This document shows positions 27,401 through 35,073 of a DNA stretch of 64,000 nucleotides, in pieces. The notes beneath the pieces were generated by a model, which saw only the letters and a program-made list of their open reading frames with translations, was not told the origin of the DNA and searched no databases. Position 1 is the stretch's first letter. Each line of letters starts with the position of its first letter. Both the position numbers and the translations under genes were made by a program. The DNA is from Gammaproteobacteria bacterium (GTDB lineage Bacteria > Pseudomonadota > Gammaproteobacteria > Eutrophobiales > Eutrophobiaceae), in contig JAJDUB010000073.1 in the NCBI GenBank assembly GCA_022826885.1, forward strand, positions 65,388 through 129,387. Direction: 5' to 3'.

Positions 27401-29524
27401 GAAAAATCCCGGTTCGTAGTCGTCCACGTCCACAATAACCGGCCGGTTCCTGTGTAACTTGGCGAGGATAGCGAGTTCCAGTCCGGGCAACCTCGGTTTG
27501 GATACATAAATGACATCCCCTTCTATCTGCCGGGCGATGTCCTCCATACGCTTGAAATGCTCCGGAAAGTTACTTCCGGGGAAACTTTTTACGGCAACCC
27601 GGCTGCAGTTGCGCAGCGGTTCCCAGACCTCGTTCCCGAATCGGGGAAATTGGGCGCCGATCAGATCAACGTCGTAATTGTGCCGCAAAACATCTGCAAG
27701 CAAATAGGCGCGGCCAAGAGGATTGTGCCCTAAATCCCATGTGATGACCGTAATCTTCGTTCTGGATTCACCGGCAGCGGGCTGCTTTCGTACGTCCGGG
27801 CGCTGTGCTTGCCCACGCTCCCGGACAAGCTTTGCCAACCGATCCGTTAACCCAGGTTGCCCTGCTTCAGGGAGCGTAGCGGTTTTTCTTCCTGATTTTG
27901 CCCGTGCGTTGCGAACGGCCTCGATAACTCGGGAAAACCGGCCAGTGCTCAACCATAAAAAAAAAATGACCGCCCGGCGCAGCTTTCCCAGGAGCCATCT
28001 GACACAACGCGACAGCACGCGCAACGGGGCGGTGATTTTCCAACTGGTCGAGTTATACAGTTCACCGATCGTCCTGTTGCGGTCCTCCAGCGTCGCAGTG
28101 CGAGACTTCAGCGTCGCAGTGCGTTCCTCCAGACTGCTCCTCAGACGCCTCGCTGATGCCTCCAGGGTTTTGATCCTCTTTTCACGAGCCTTCAGCGTCG
28201 CAGTCCGTTCCTCCAGGTTGCCCCTCAGCCGTTCTGCAGAACCCTCCAGGGCTTCGATCCTCTTTTCGCGAGCCTTCAGCGTCGCAGTCCGTTCCTCCAG
28301 GTTGCCCCTCAGCCGCTCTGCAGAACCCTCCAGGGCTTCGATCCTCTTTTCGCGAACCTTAAGCATCTCACCGCGCACCTCCAGTTTGCCTCTCAGCCGG
28401 GTTCCGGATTCTTCAAGCGCTTTTATCCGTTCGTCGCGGATTCTCAGGGTTGCAGTACGCTCCTCCAGCCTGCTCCTCCACTGGTCCAGCGAACTCTCCA
28501 GCGCATTGATCCGCTCCTCGCGTACCTTCAATGCCGCAGCATGCTCATCCAGGTTGTCCCTCAACAGGCCCACCGAAGCCTCCAGGGATTCAATCCTTGC
28601 TTCACTGAGCTTCACCGATGCGCTCAACTCTTGTGTCCTGTCGTTATGAAGGTTGAACGACACCTCTACCGATTCCAGATCAAGCAGGGCTTGTCTGGTC
28701 GCTCCCGAAACCGGAATGTTCAGGTCGCCATCAAAAACCTCATCACTGCGAAGGCGCAGCCAGAGCGCACGCTGTGACGGCAAAAGGTAATTCTCCGTCT
28801 CCTCATCGGTCGCCCTTTGGCGGTGAAGGTCGAGGTCAATGAACTGCTCGATAAGTCCGCTGTCCGGTTTTATCGAATGCCCTCCTCCCGGCCCTTCAAG
28901 TTCCTTAACGAGTGCATTCAATGTTTCAACCGGGTGTTGCATGAGTACTTCGTATGAAAGAGAAATGCGCGCCAGACCCTCGGATGCCTTCAAAGCGTGG
29001 AGATTGTATACCTCCCAGAGGGCGAGCCCTGCGGAGATACTGAAACCGTTGCGCGCCTGCAGGGAACGCGCAACTTCGAGAGGGTTACGATAGATATGGA
29101 CGCAAACGGGATTGTTTACATAGTGTCGCAAAACCGGCAGCAGAAGGCAGAGACGCGGCTCCTTGATGACCCAGGCCTGAAATTTGTCCAGTTCGGAAAC
29201 AATCCTTTCAAACTTTCGGCGTTGCTCGTCCTGCGCCGCGCGCGGGATGGCTTTCGGATCGAAGTTGGCGATCTTCCACCAATCGGCTCCCGCCGAATGC
29301 AACATCCGATCGCACAGTTCGCGCATGTCACGCCTTTCCCAGAACCCCTGGGGATTCTCGGCATTCGCCTCCGTAAGTTCCTTTTCTTCCCCTACCCACA
29401 CATCGCAGTGCCGCAGCGCCCCCGTTATGGCGCTGGTGCCCGACCGGTGCATTCCGAGCACAAAAAGTGCCGGTCTGGTGCTTTTCTCATCCAGGTTCTG
29501 TGAGACGATGTTATCGATTTTCAT
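24419..29524 (-). CDS. 1701-aa multidomain glycan assembly protein: sulfotransferase, 6 x 28-aa coiled coil, two GT-B glycosyltransferase domains, Zn-ribbon SAM methyltransferase
   Basis: aa 18-37 LFVLGMHRSGTSAITGAL is a sulfotransferase PAPS-loop-like motif. aa 306-473 are heptad-rich 28-aa repeats, followed by STSWKITAPLR. aa ~590-960 look GT4-like (ILFAGTPRMHKGF.., GIPVLATDVPPL). aa ~1000-1440 form a second GT-B domain (VIGYAGNLDITRID.., NPLKLYVYFSLHVPVVST). aa ~1470-1701 carry CAVCGH..CGNCEAS plus FDLVLSSDIFEHVRKPFVGFQDVNRILKPGGLHIFSIP. Confidence 0.8.
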   Translation of the reverse strand: MKIDNIVSQNLDEKSTRPALFVLGMHRSGTSAITGALRHCDVWVGEEKELTEANAENPQGFWERRDMRELCDRMLHSAGADWWKIANFDPKAIPRAAQDEQRRKFERIVSELDKFQAWVIKEPRLCLLLPVLRHYVNNPVCVHIYRNPLEVARSLQARNGFSISAGLALWEVYNLHALKASEGLARISLSYEVLMQHPVETLNALVKELEGPGGGHSIKPDSGLIEQFIDLDLHRQRATDEETENYLLPSQRALWLRLRSDEVFDGDLNIPVSGATRQALLDLESVEVSFNLHNDRTQELSASVKLSEARIESLEASVGLLRDNLDEHAAALKVREERINALESSLDQWRSRLEERTATLRIRDERIKALEESGTRLRGKLEVRGEMLKVREKRIEALEGSAERLRGNLEERTATLKAREKRIEALEGSAERLRGNLEERTATLKAREKRIKTLEASARRLRSSLEERTATLKSRTATLEDRNRTIGELYNSTSWKITAPLRVLSRCVRWLLGKLRRAVIFFLWLSTGRFSRVIEAVRNARAKSGRKTATLPEAGQPGLTDRLAKLVRERGQAQRPDVRKQPAAGESRTKITVITWDLGHNPLGRAYLLADVLRHNYDVDLIGAQFPRFGNEVWEPLRNCSRVAVKSFPGSNFPEHFKRMEDIARQIEGDVIYVSKPRLPGLELAILAKLHRNRPVIVDVDDYEPGFFRNRKPLSLKQVKRKRHRPDFFCPHDETWTRYGESLIQMFDQVTVSNEELRKKFGGMVLPHIRDDHDFDPAAYPRDAIRAELGFTAEDKVILFAGTPRMHKGFTRIVTALETLKRPDYKLLIVGSPVDNEARRFFAGIKSAHVKVVPNVPFTDLPGYLSAGDLICLLQDMEQVTTRFQMPGKFSDGLSMGIPVLATDVPPLVNLAKKGLLELLGDTPLDRKIDEIFSDYDAYKHKATQNREIFLREYSYAANLPRLQDTIDRVLNNPVPIPDAFRELVAYHRRIFSGETGLPRVSAQVVAGGQPASDASLLPPSAQAADVNVRKAGSYVDDKIDIVFFWKQNDTGIYGRRQDMLVKYLARDPRVNRILHFDAPVNIFSSGHDVLKSGQGGRHSHAGLVLSNTLKRRLRLQDRGKVRSDTFIFAGRHRASGFRNWVLPAEGDYLDYLARVMREQQIGQRRTVFWVCPNKFDFPMIADRFKPGLVVSDVIDDQRKWPGKPRYKEKLRRNYEEILARTHVTFANCRSVFEDMQEYADNIHLLPNAAEILEDEARHWKKPAELRRIKGPVIGYAGNLDITRIDIDLLTTVASKRPDWNLVFIGSMHKSREIRKLDKFSNVRFLGVRVYEEALRYIRHFDVAMIPHLDSELTRSMNPLKLYVYFSLHVPVVSTHIANIGDFREFVQVGRNPDEFIERISHCLENNPVSGNIERMRNLLEANSWDERVTRILTLVGKEFARREAAHSKPAAADFDKDGYIDSCAVCGHTGYLRREEQSIRETYRCGNCEASLRYREQAQLILDHFSREGSRHLADLVNEAEFQNLKIYEPGLIGPFRKLFRKLPGYINSYFWEDVAPGEYREDVQCQDLMNLTYGDNSFDLVLSSDIFEHVRKPFVGFQDVNRILKPGGLHIFSIPSQRPMRSKTVFRVDTSGPEDVFVLPRHYHSAPGGGKSLVYTDFGEDMVEIMAGDGIDLRMESPSSEHAPDVITNQMLSFYWKKS
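28106..28609. repeat. six tandem 84-bp (28-codon) repeats inside the giant gene; copies at 28190-28273 and 28274-28357 are nearly identical
   Basis: Read directly: ccttcagcgtcgcagtccgttcctccaggttgcccctcagccg(t/c)tctgcagaaccctccagggcttcgatcctcttttcgcga occurs twice with an 84-bp period and only about 2 mismatches. The flanking units are more diverged. The protein units run VREKRIEALEGSAERLRGNLEERTATLK. Confidence 0.9.
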
Positions 29525-29526
29525 GG

Positions 29527-30282
29527 TCAGGCCGCCTGCCTGTATTCCTGTAGCACCTCCTGTATCGGTCCGCGGGCCTTGACTTTACCGGCATCGAGCA
29601 GGACCCCAGTGGTGCAGATGCGTTCCAGCAGGGAGAGGTTCTGCGAGGCAACCACCAGAATTCTGGCGCGGTCCATGAAATCATCAAGCCGGCGCCTGGC
29701 CTTGTCGACGAAGATCCGGTCACCGACGCTGAGCCATTCGTCCATCAACAGTATCTCAGGATCAAAGCAGGTACATACCGCGAAGGCGAGGCGCAGCCGC
29801 ATACCGTTCGAGTAAGTGTGTACCGGCATAGCCAGGTAGTCGCCCAGTTCAGTGAACTCCGCAACTTCATCCATACGCTCGCGCACCTCATCCGGCATAA
29901 GGCCCAGGAACAATCCGCGCATCATGATGTTTTCGTAGCCCGTCGCCTCGGGGTCGATTCCCAGGGAAATATTCAGCAGCGCAGCGGTTCTCCCATGCCG
30001 CACCACACTGCCGCGTGTCGGTTCATAAGCGCCTGCGAGAACTCGAAGCAACGTCGTCTTGCCCGCGCCGTTGCATCCGATGAGCCCAACTCTCTCCCCG
30101 TGTTCGAACGCGAGGCTGACATTTTCAAGTGCGCGTACACACAACCGATTACCCGCGTCGCGCCCGATACGCCCGCCGGTGCCATGATGCAAAATGCGAT
30201 GCTTCAGCGAACGCGTGCTGGTGTTATAGATCGGAAAAACGACCGTGACTGCATCGAGTTCAAGGTTCGCCATGGCGCTCAC
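29527..30282 (-). CDS. wzt: polysaccharide/O-antigen ABC transporter ATP-binding protein (short form, no C-terminal carbohydrate-binding extension)
   Basis: 251 aa with Walker A GCNGAGKTTLL, signature-like YSNGMRLRLAF and Walker B ILLMDEWLSVGD. Overlaps wzm by 4 nt. Confidence 0.88.
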   Translation of the reverse strand: MSAMANLELDAVTVVFPIYNTSTRSLKHRILHHGTGGRIGRDAGNRLCVRALENVSLAFEHGERVGLIGCNGAGKTTLLRVLAGAYEPTRGSVVRHGRTAALLNISLGIDPEATGYENIMMRGLFLGLMPDEVRERMDEVAEFTELGDYLAMPVHTYSNGMRLRLAFAVCTCFDPEILLMDEWLSVGDRIFVDKARRRLDDFMDRARILVVASQNLSLLERICTTGVLLDAGKVKARGPIQEVLQEYRQAA

Positions 30283-31184
30283 ACCCAGTACGCCACTCGC
30301 CGGCGGTAATTACGGAACATATCCAAAGCCACGAGCCAGCCACCCAGCGTCATACCCAAAACCGTAATCCAGGAGACAAGCTGCGGCGCCTGTCCCAGCA
30401 ATGGCGCCCGCACCAACTCCAAATAGTGAAAAAACGGGTTGAAATCCAGCAATATGGCGCGGCCGGGCAATAATTCGGGCATCCAGATGATCGGCGTAAC
30501 GAAAAAGGCTATCCGTACGATACTGTCCATGACAGGCGGCACATCGCGGAAGCGGGCCGAGACAAGACCGAACAACAACCCCATCCATACGCCGTTCAGG
30601 CACAGGAGAACGAGACCCGGAACAACGAGTAATCCGGTCCAACCCGGCCAAATCGAGAAGATGATGGCGACTACGACAAAAATCGCGGCATTATGGAAAA
30701 ATATGAGCAGGTTGCGCCATATCACGCGATAAACATGCACCGACAAGGGCAGGTCTACCTGCTTGATTATGCTCCCGGCATCGGTAAACGCGCTGCAGCC
30801 TTCATTGATAAAGCCGGAAATCAGGGTCCAGATGATAAATCCAAGCGCAAGAAACGGCGCATAATCTGCTATTTCAACCTTCAACAAGGCGCCGTACAGT
30901 ACACTCAGTGCCGCCACGAGTACGCCCATGCTGATGGTAAGCCAGAACGGGCCGATCATGGAACGCCGATAACGCCGGCGGACGTCCTGCCAGCCGAGCA
31001 ATCCCCACAGGTGGAAGCTGCGCGCGCCTTTGCTCAGGTCAAGCAGGGCGGCGGCAATCTGTGAGGCGGCAGGCGACTGAGACACCGGTACGGTTTGTGG
31101 TCCGAACCCGTCGCCTGAGGTATCTATCGTCTCATCGTCTCGGGTTGCGCTGGGGACTTTTTCCTGGATCTGGTGACTCTGCAT
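30279..31184 (-). CDS. wzm: polysaccharide/O-antigen ABC-2 type transporter permease
   Basis: 301 aa. A hydrophilic N-terminus is followed by about six TM helices (..RRYRRSMIGPFWLTISMG.. is typical of ABC-2/Wzm). Coupled to wzt. Confidence 0.85.
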   Translation of the reverse strand: MQSHQIQEKVPSATRDDETIDTSGDGFGPQTVPVSQSPAASQIAAALLDLSKGARSFHLWGLLGWQDVRRRYRRSMIGPFWLTISMGVLVAALSVLYGALLKVEIADYAPFLALGFIIWTLISGFINEGCSAFTDAGSIIKQVDLPLSVHVYRVIWRNLLIFFHNAAIFVVVAIIFSIWPGWTGLLVVPGLVLLCLNGVWMGLLFGLVSARFRDVPPVMDSIVRIAFFVTPIIWMPELLPGRAILLDFNPFFHYLELVRAPLLGQAPQLVSWITVLGMTLGGWLVALDMFRNYRRRVAYWV

Positions 31185-31366
31185 TTGGAAGTATTATAAC
31201 AATTGTCAAAAAAATGACCCAGGGGATTTTGATTCCGTCGGGACAAGAGTCGATTTTTTTAGTAACCTACATGGATGTATACCGTTACTTCAGTTGAACA
31301 GTTGCAAAGTGTCAGACCGGCTGTCGCTGACATCCTCAGACCGGGGGCCAACTCGTAGCTTGAGCA

Positions 31367-32383
31367 GTGGAAGCGGTACTAGTCACTCTGGTTGCCGGGT
31401 TGGTGTCCGCCCTTCTTACGTGGATGCTTGTTCGTGCGGCGCTGAAGCTTTTGATTGCATATAACGTTGTCGACCGGCCCGGCACACGCTCCAGCCATGG
31501 AGGGAACGTTCCCACGGGCGGAGGTATTGCAGTTATCGGCGTGGTTCTGACAAGCTGGATGTGTCTGGCCCTCATCACCGGCACGCTTGGAGAGACCCTG
31601 ATCATCGTGACTGCAGCGGCTGTACTGGCAGGGATTTCCTTTATAGACGATATAAGACATGTCCCGAAGTTGGCGCGCCTCACAACCCATATCGCTGCCG
31701 TTGCCCTGGGGATTACCCTGTTGCCTGATACGGCGCTGCTGTTCGGCGGAGTGCTGCCGCCCTGGGCGGATCGTCTGGTGACCGGTGTAGCCTGGGTCTG
31801 GTTCATCAATCTTTTCAACTTCATGGATGGGATCGACGGGATCACGGGCGTCGAAACCATCGCGGTGGCGGGGGGTGTGGCAACGGCTCTGTTGCTCATG
31901 GCGCCGATAGAGAGCAGCGTCTGGTCGAAAGCATCGCTGGCTGCCGTGCTGGCAGGCGCGGCAGCGGGTTTTCTCGTGCTTAACTGGCATCCGGCGCGCC
32001 TGTTCCTGGGTGATGCAGGGAGTGTCCCGCTCGGTTACCTGCTGGGCTGGTTGCTGGTCTGGACCGCCTGTGTCGCGGGTCTCTGGTGGCTGGCACTGGT
32101 GTTGCCGTTGTACTACTGGGCCGACGCCACACTTACCCTACTGGCGCGGGGCTCGCGGGGAGAGAAAGTCTGGCTCGCCCATCGTCAGCACGCTTACCAG
32201 GTCGCGGTCAGGTCGGGAGCGAGTCACGCCGATGTGGCAGGGTTTATTGCCTTGATTAATCTCGCGCTGGTCGGGCTGGCGTTGGCGGCGACAGTCAGGC
32301 TGATTCCCGTCTGGTCAACCATTACCCTGGCCGTCGTCCTGGCTGCGATGGCACTGTGGCGTCTGCGCCACTGGCCCGATTGA
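31367..32383 (+). CDS. family 4 glycosyltransferase, undecaprenyl-phosphate HexNAc-1-phosphate transferase (WbpL/WecA/MraY-like)
   Basis: 338 aa, polytopic, with VVDRPGTRSSHGGNVPTGGGIA and NLFNFMDGIDGI motifs. GTG start. Divergent from wzm. Confidence 0.85.
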   Translation: MEAVLVTLVAGLVSALLTWMLVRAALKLLIAYNVVDRPGTRSSHGGNVPTGGGIAVIGVVLTSWMCLALITGTLGETLIIVTAAAVLAGISFIDDIRHVPKLARLTTHIAAVALGITLLPDTALLFGGVLPPWADRLVTGVAWVWFINLFNFMDGIDGITGVETIAVAGGVATALLLMAPIESSVWSKASLAAVLAGAAAGFLVLNWHPARLFLGDAGSVPLGYLLGWLLVWTACVAGLWWLALVLPLYYWADATLTLLARGSRGEKVWLAHRQHAYQVAVRSGASHADVAGFIALINLALVGLALAATVRLIPVWSTITLAVVLAAMALWRLRHWPD

Positions 32384-32421
32384 AATTTACCGCCATTTAT
32401 CCAATAAATCTGACGCTTAAG

Positions 32422-33363
32422 ATGCCCTTGACTAAAAGTAATACCGCCGCGAGTGCTGGTCGGGCTATTTCTGGTCCGCACTCATCGAAAGAACGCGGTT
32501 TTGAAAATAATATTCCAAAAGAACTCTTTTTGTATTGGCATCAGGGCTGGAATAACGCACCGGAAATCGTTAATCACTGTGCTGCCACATGGCAAAGGCA
32601 CAACCCAACCTGGGACATCAACCTATTGGACTCAACCACCATAGCAGATAAAGTCAGGCTCCCGGCAGCCCTTAAATCCATGAACCTGCCGCTCCCCGCA
32701 CTTTCAGACGTAATAAGAATATGCTTGCTTAAAAAGTATGGCGGTGTCTGGGCAGACGCCACACTCTGGTGTGTACGACCGTTGGATGACTGGATAGATA
32801 ACGTGTGTGTTCGCACCGGCTTTTTTGCCTACGACAAACCAGGCCCGGATCGCCCCATCAGCAGTTGGTTTCTGGCAGCCGGCAAGGAATGCCGCATCGT
32901 TGATATCTGGCACTCCGCAGTACTGCATTTATTGGCAAAGACGCAAGCACATGCTCGATTCAGGTGGGTTTTCGACAATAAGGAAAAGAACTGGCTGCTG
33001 AATTCGCTCAGCCGACTGTGTATGGGTTACCTATTGCAACGCTACCAGTACGGACATTTACTGGTTACATCTTCCGATGATCCTGAAGATGATAACTATT
33101 TCTGGTTCCACTACCTGTTCGGGAAATTGCTGGAACAGAACAGTGAGTTCCGTCAACTCTGGGCATCAACCCCCAAGATAAGCGCGGACGGCCCCCAGTT
33201 ATTACGACGTGGAGGACTCCTGGAACCGGCAACGGACCGCACCAATCTCCTGATAAGAGAAAAAGTTTCAAACGTGCATAAGCTGACGCACCGTGCGGCT
33301 TTACCTGATGATATTACCGGGACGGTCCTGGATTCCCTTTACCAGTCCGGTGAATGTAACTGA
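32422..33363 (+). CDS. GT32/capsular-polysaccharide-synthesis-type glycosyltransferase
   Basis: IPKELFLYWHQGWNNAPEIV..WQRHNPTWDINLLD..LSDVIRICLLKKYGGVWADATLWC resembles the Caps_synth / Och1-like DXD family. I trimmed the start to ATG 32422, downstream of the previous stop. Confidence 0.65.
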   Translation: MPLTKSNTAASAGRAISGPHSSKERGFENNIPKELFLYWHQGWNNAPEIVNHCAATWQRHNPTWDINLLDSTTIADKVRLPAALKSMNLPLPALSDVIRICLLKKYGGVWADATLWCVRPLDDWIDNVCVRTGFFAYDKPGPDRPISSWFLAAGKECRIVDIWHSAVLHLLAKTQAHARFRWVFDNKEKNWLLNSLSRLCMGYLLQRYQYGHLLVTSSDDPEDDNYFWFHYLFGKLLEQNSEFRQLWASTPKISADGPQLLRRGGLLEPATDRTNLLIREKVSNVHKLTHRAALPDDITGTVLDSLYQSGECN

Positions 33364-33368
33364 CGCTG

Positions 33369-34988
33369 ATGCGAATCCACGAATACCTGCTCGATTTCTT
33401 TATGACGCTTTTTGCATTGTCGTCTCTGGCGTTATGGGGGATCGTCCTGTCCGGGGGCTCGTTCAGGGCCTACGCTATCCTGGCGTTGCTGGTCCCACTG
33501 GTTTCCGTTTACCTGGTTTTCATAAACAGTCGGGGACATATTCCTCCCGATCCCGATAATACCGCCCCCGAACGCTACGGAAATCGATTTGGGGTTGAAA
33601 CCATAGCGATCTTTGTGCTGCTTCTGTTGATTTTCTTATCCAAATCCGAACCAGTAACGCTTGTACTGCTATTGGTTGCATTGTTTCTGTTCCTGAGACA
33701 AACAAAGACTCAACCATGGCTTTTCACCTCATCTTCCATTCTGGAAAGATCGCCACTCGTACCCGGCGCCGCGCTGGTGATTGCCGTTACCTATACCCTG
33801 GTTTCACATCGATACGATCCGGACGATGCTCTCTACCTGTTTTACGGACTGCTGCCCCTGGACCAGCCCTTGCAGGAAATGAACCTCTTCCCATTCTACG
33901 ACACGGCCAAGATGACGGTCAGTTACCCGACCATTGAAGCGGTGGCTTCATATTGGACCGGCACCAGTTTCCTGCAGGTGTATTACCTCGTCGTTCCTGC
34001 CCTGGCGGCGATGCTGACCGTACTTGCCTATTACGGGCTGTTTCAGCGGCTCGGCGGCAGTTATGCGGGCGTGTTAACGCTGATGACCGTCATTATTCTG
34101 ATACTGTGGGCTGACAAGCACCAGGCTCCCGGCAATGATACCTTCGTACGATTGTACCAGGGCAAGTCAATATTTTATGCCGTGGTCTGTCCTTACCTCA
34201 TCAGTTCGGCAATCGGTATCCTGACGCGTTTCCCCGGAAGCAGTTTTCGTCTGGCAATGGCCAGCATTACGGGTATCGGCCTGACCCAGTCCGCAATCAT
34301 TTTGATACCCCTGTTTTTTGCGGGCTTGACTGTAACAGCATGGATAATCTACCGGGAACCACTCAGACACGCGCGCTACCTGCCCTTCCTGGTCGGTGGC
34401 GCCTCATTCCTGGTGTTGGGTATCTTTATGACAGCCAGCCTGGGGGGTATTCCTACCGCAAAAAATCTCAGATTTGACACCCTTCACGAAGCCCTTGATT
34501 TCAGGTACGGCGACGGGCTACGCGGATATCTCGGCATTGCAAGTATATGCCTGCTACCCCTGCTTGCACACAATGCTGCCAAACATAAAGCGACTATCGC
34601 GCTGAGCGCCGGACTGGCACTGGTTGTGTTGAATCCAGTCATTGTCTTTCTGGTCGCCAAAATCGCCTGGTCATTAGCCTGGCGCCTGCAATGGCTGCTA
34701 CCGGTAGCGGGGCTGGTGGCTGTAGGAATATATCTTGTGGCTGATTTCATCGCACGCGGCAAGCCGTATTTACGACTGTTGCTTTGCGCCCTGGGTTTGA
34801 TCGGATTTGCCATGCTCGGCCAGACAACATTTTATAAACATAACCGTAATGCCATTGGAATTCCGCAGATCAAACCACCGCCCACCATAAACGGGGTTTT
34901 CGAGCGCCACCACAACGGCCGTTACAAGCTCCACGCCGAATATCTCCTGGAAGACGGGCGTATCTGCATGGCGAACGGATGTTACTGA
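33369..34988 (+). CDS. polytopic membrane protein, possible GT-C-type glycosyltransferase (hypothetical)
   Basis: 539 aa with at least 10 hydrophobic segments. An early loop contains RYDPDDALYLFY, reminiscent of the acidic first-loop motif of GT-C enzymes. I recognise no stronger motif. Confidence 0.4.
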   Translation: MRIHEYLLDFFMTLFALSSLALWGIVLSGGSFRAYAILALLVPLVSVYLVFINSRGHIPPDPDNTAPERYGNRFGVETIAIFVLLLLIFLSKSEPVTLVLLLVALFLFLRQTKTQPWLFTSSSILERSPLVPGAALVIAVTYTLVSHRYDPDDALYLFYGLLPLDQPLQEMNLFPFYDTAKMTVSYPTIEAVASYWTGTSFLQVYYLVVPALAAMLTVLAYYGLFQRLGGSYAGVLTLMTVIILILWADKHQAPGNDTFVRLYQGKSIFYAVVCPYLISSAIGILTRFPGSSFRLAMASITGIGLTQSAIILIPLFFAGLTVTAWIIYREPLRHARYLPFLVGGASFLVLGIFMTASLGGIPTAKNLRFDTLHEALDFRYGDGLRGYLGIASICLLPLLAHNAAKHKATIALSAGLALVVLNPVIVFLVAKIAWSLAWRLQWLLPVAGLVAVGIYLVADFIARGKPYLRLLLCALGLIGFAMLGQTTFYKHNRNAIGIPQIKPPPTINGVFERHHNGRYKLHAEYLLEDGRICMANGCY

Positions 34989-35073
34989 ATGCATTGAACC
35001 GTTGTCGGTAGCTTCGACGGTGGCAAGTTCAAGTCTTAATGCAGAATTTTCAAGTTTGCATTGTATCAAGCAA

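Noticed and set aside
28106-28609. The tandem repeat array considered as a possible CRISPR or minisatellite.
   Set aside because: The units are contiguous with no unique spacers. They are in frame and encode heptad-patterned protein. This is a coding repeat.
27723-28649. A 308-aa plus-strand ORF with Ser/Arg-rich repeats opposite the coiled-coil region.
   Set aside because: It is the antisense reading of the 84-bp tandem repeats of the giant gene. Its repetitiveness is inherited and does not indicate a second gene.
31185-31366. A search for a JUMPStart/ops element (GGCGGTAG) in the wzm / wbpL-like divergent region.
   Set aside because: The 8-mer is not present on either strand of this intergenic region, so RfaH-type antitermination cannot be claimed from the sequence.
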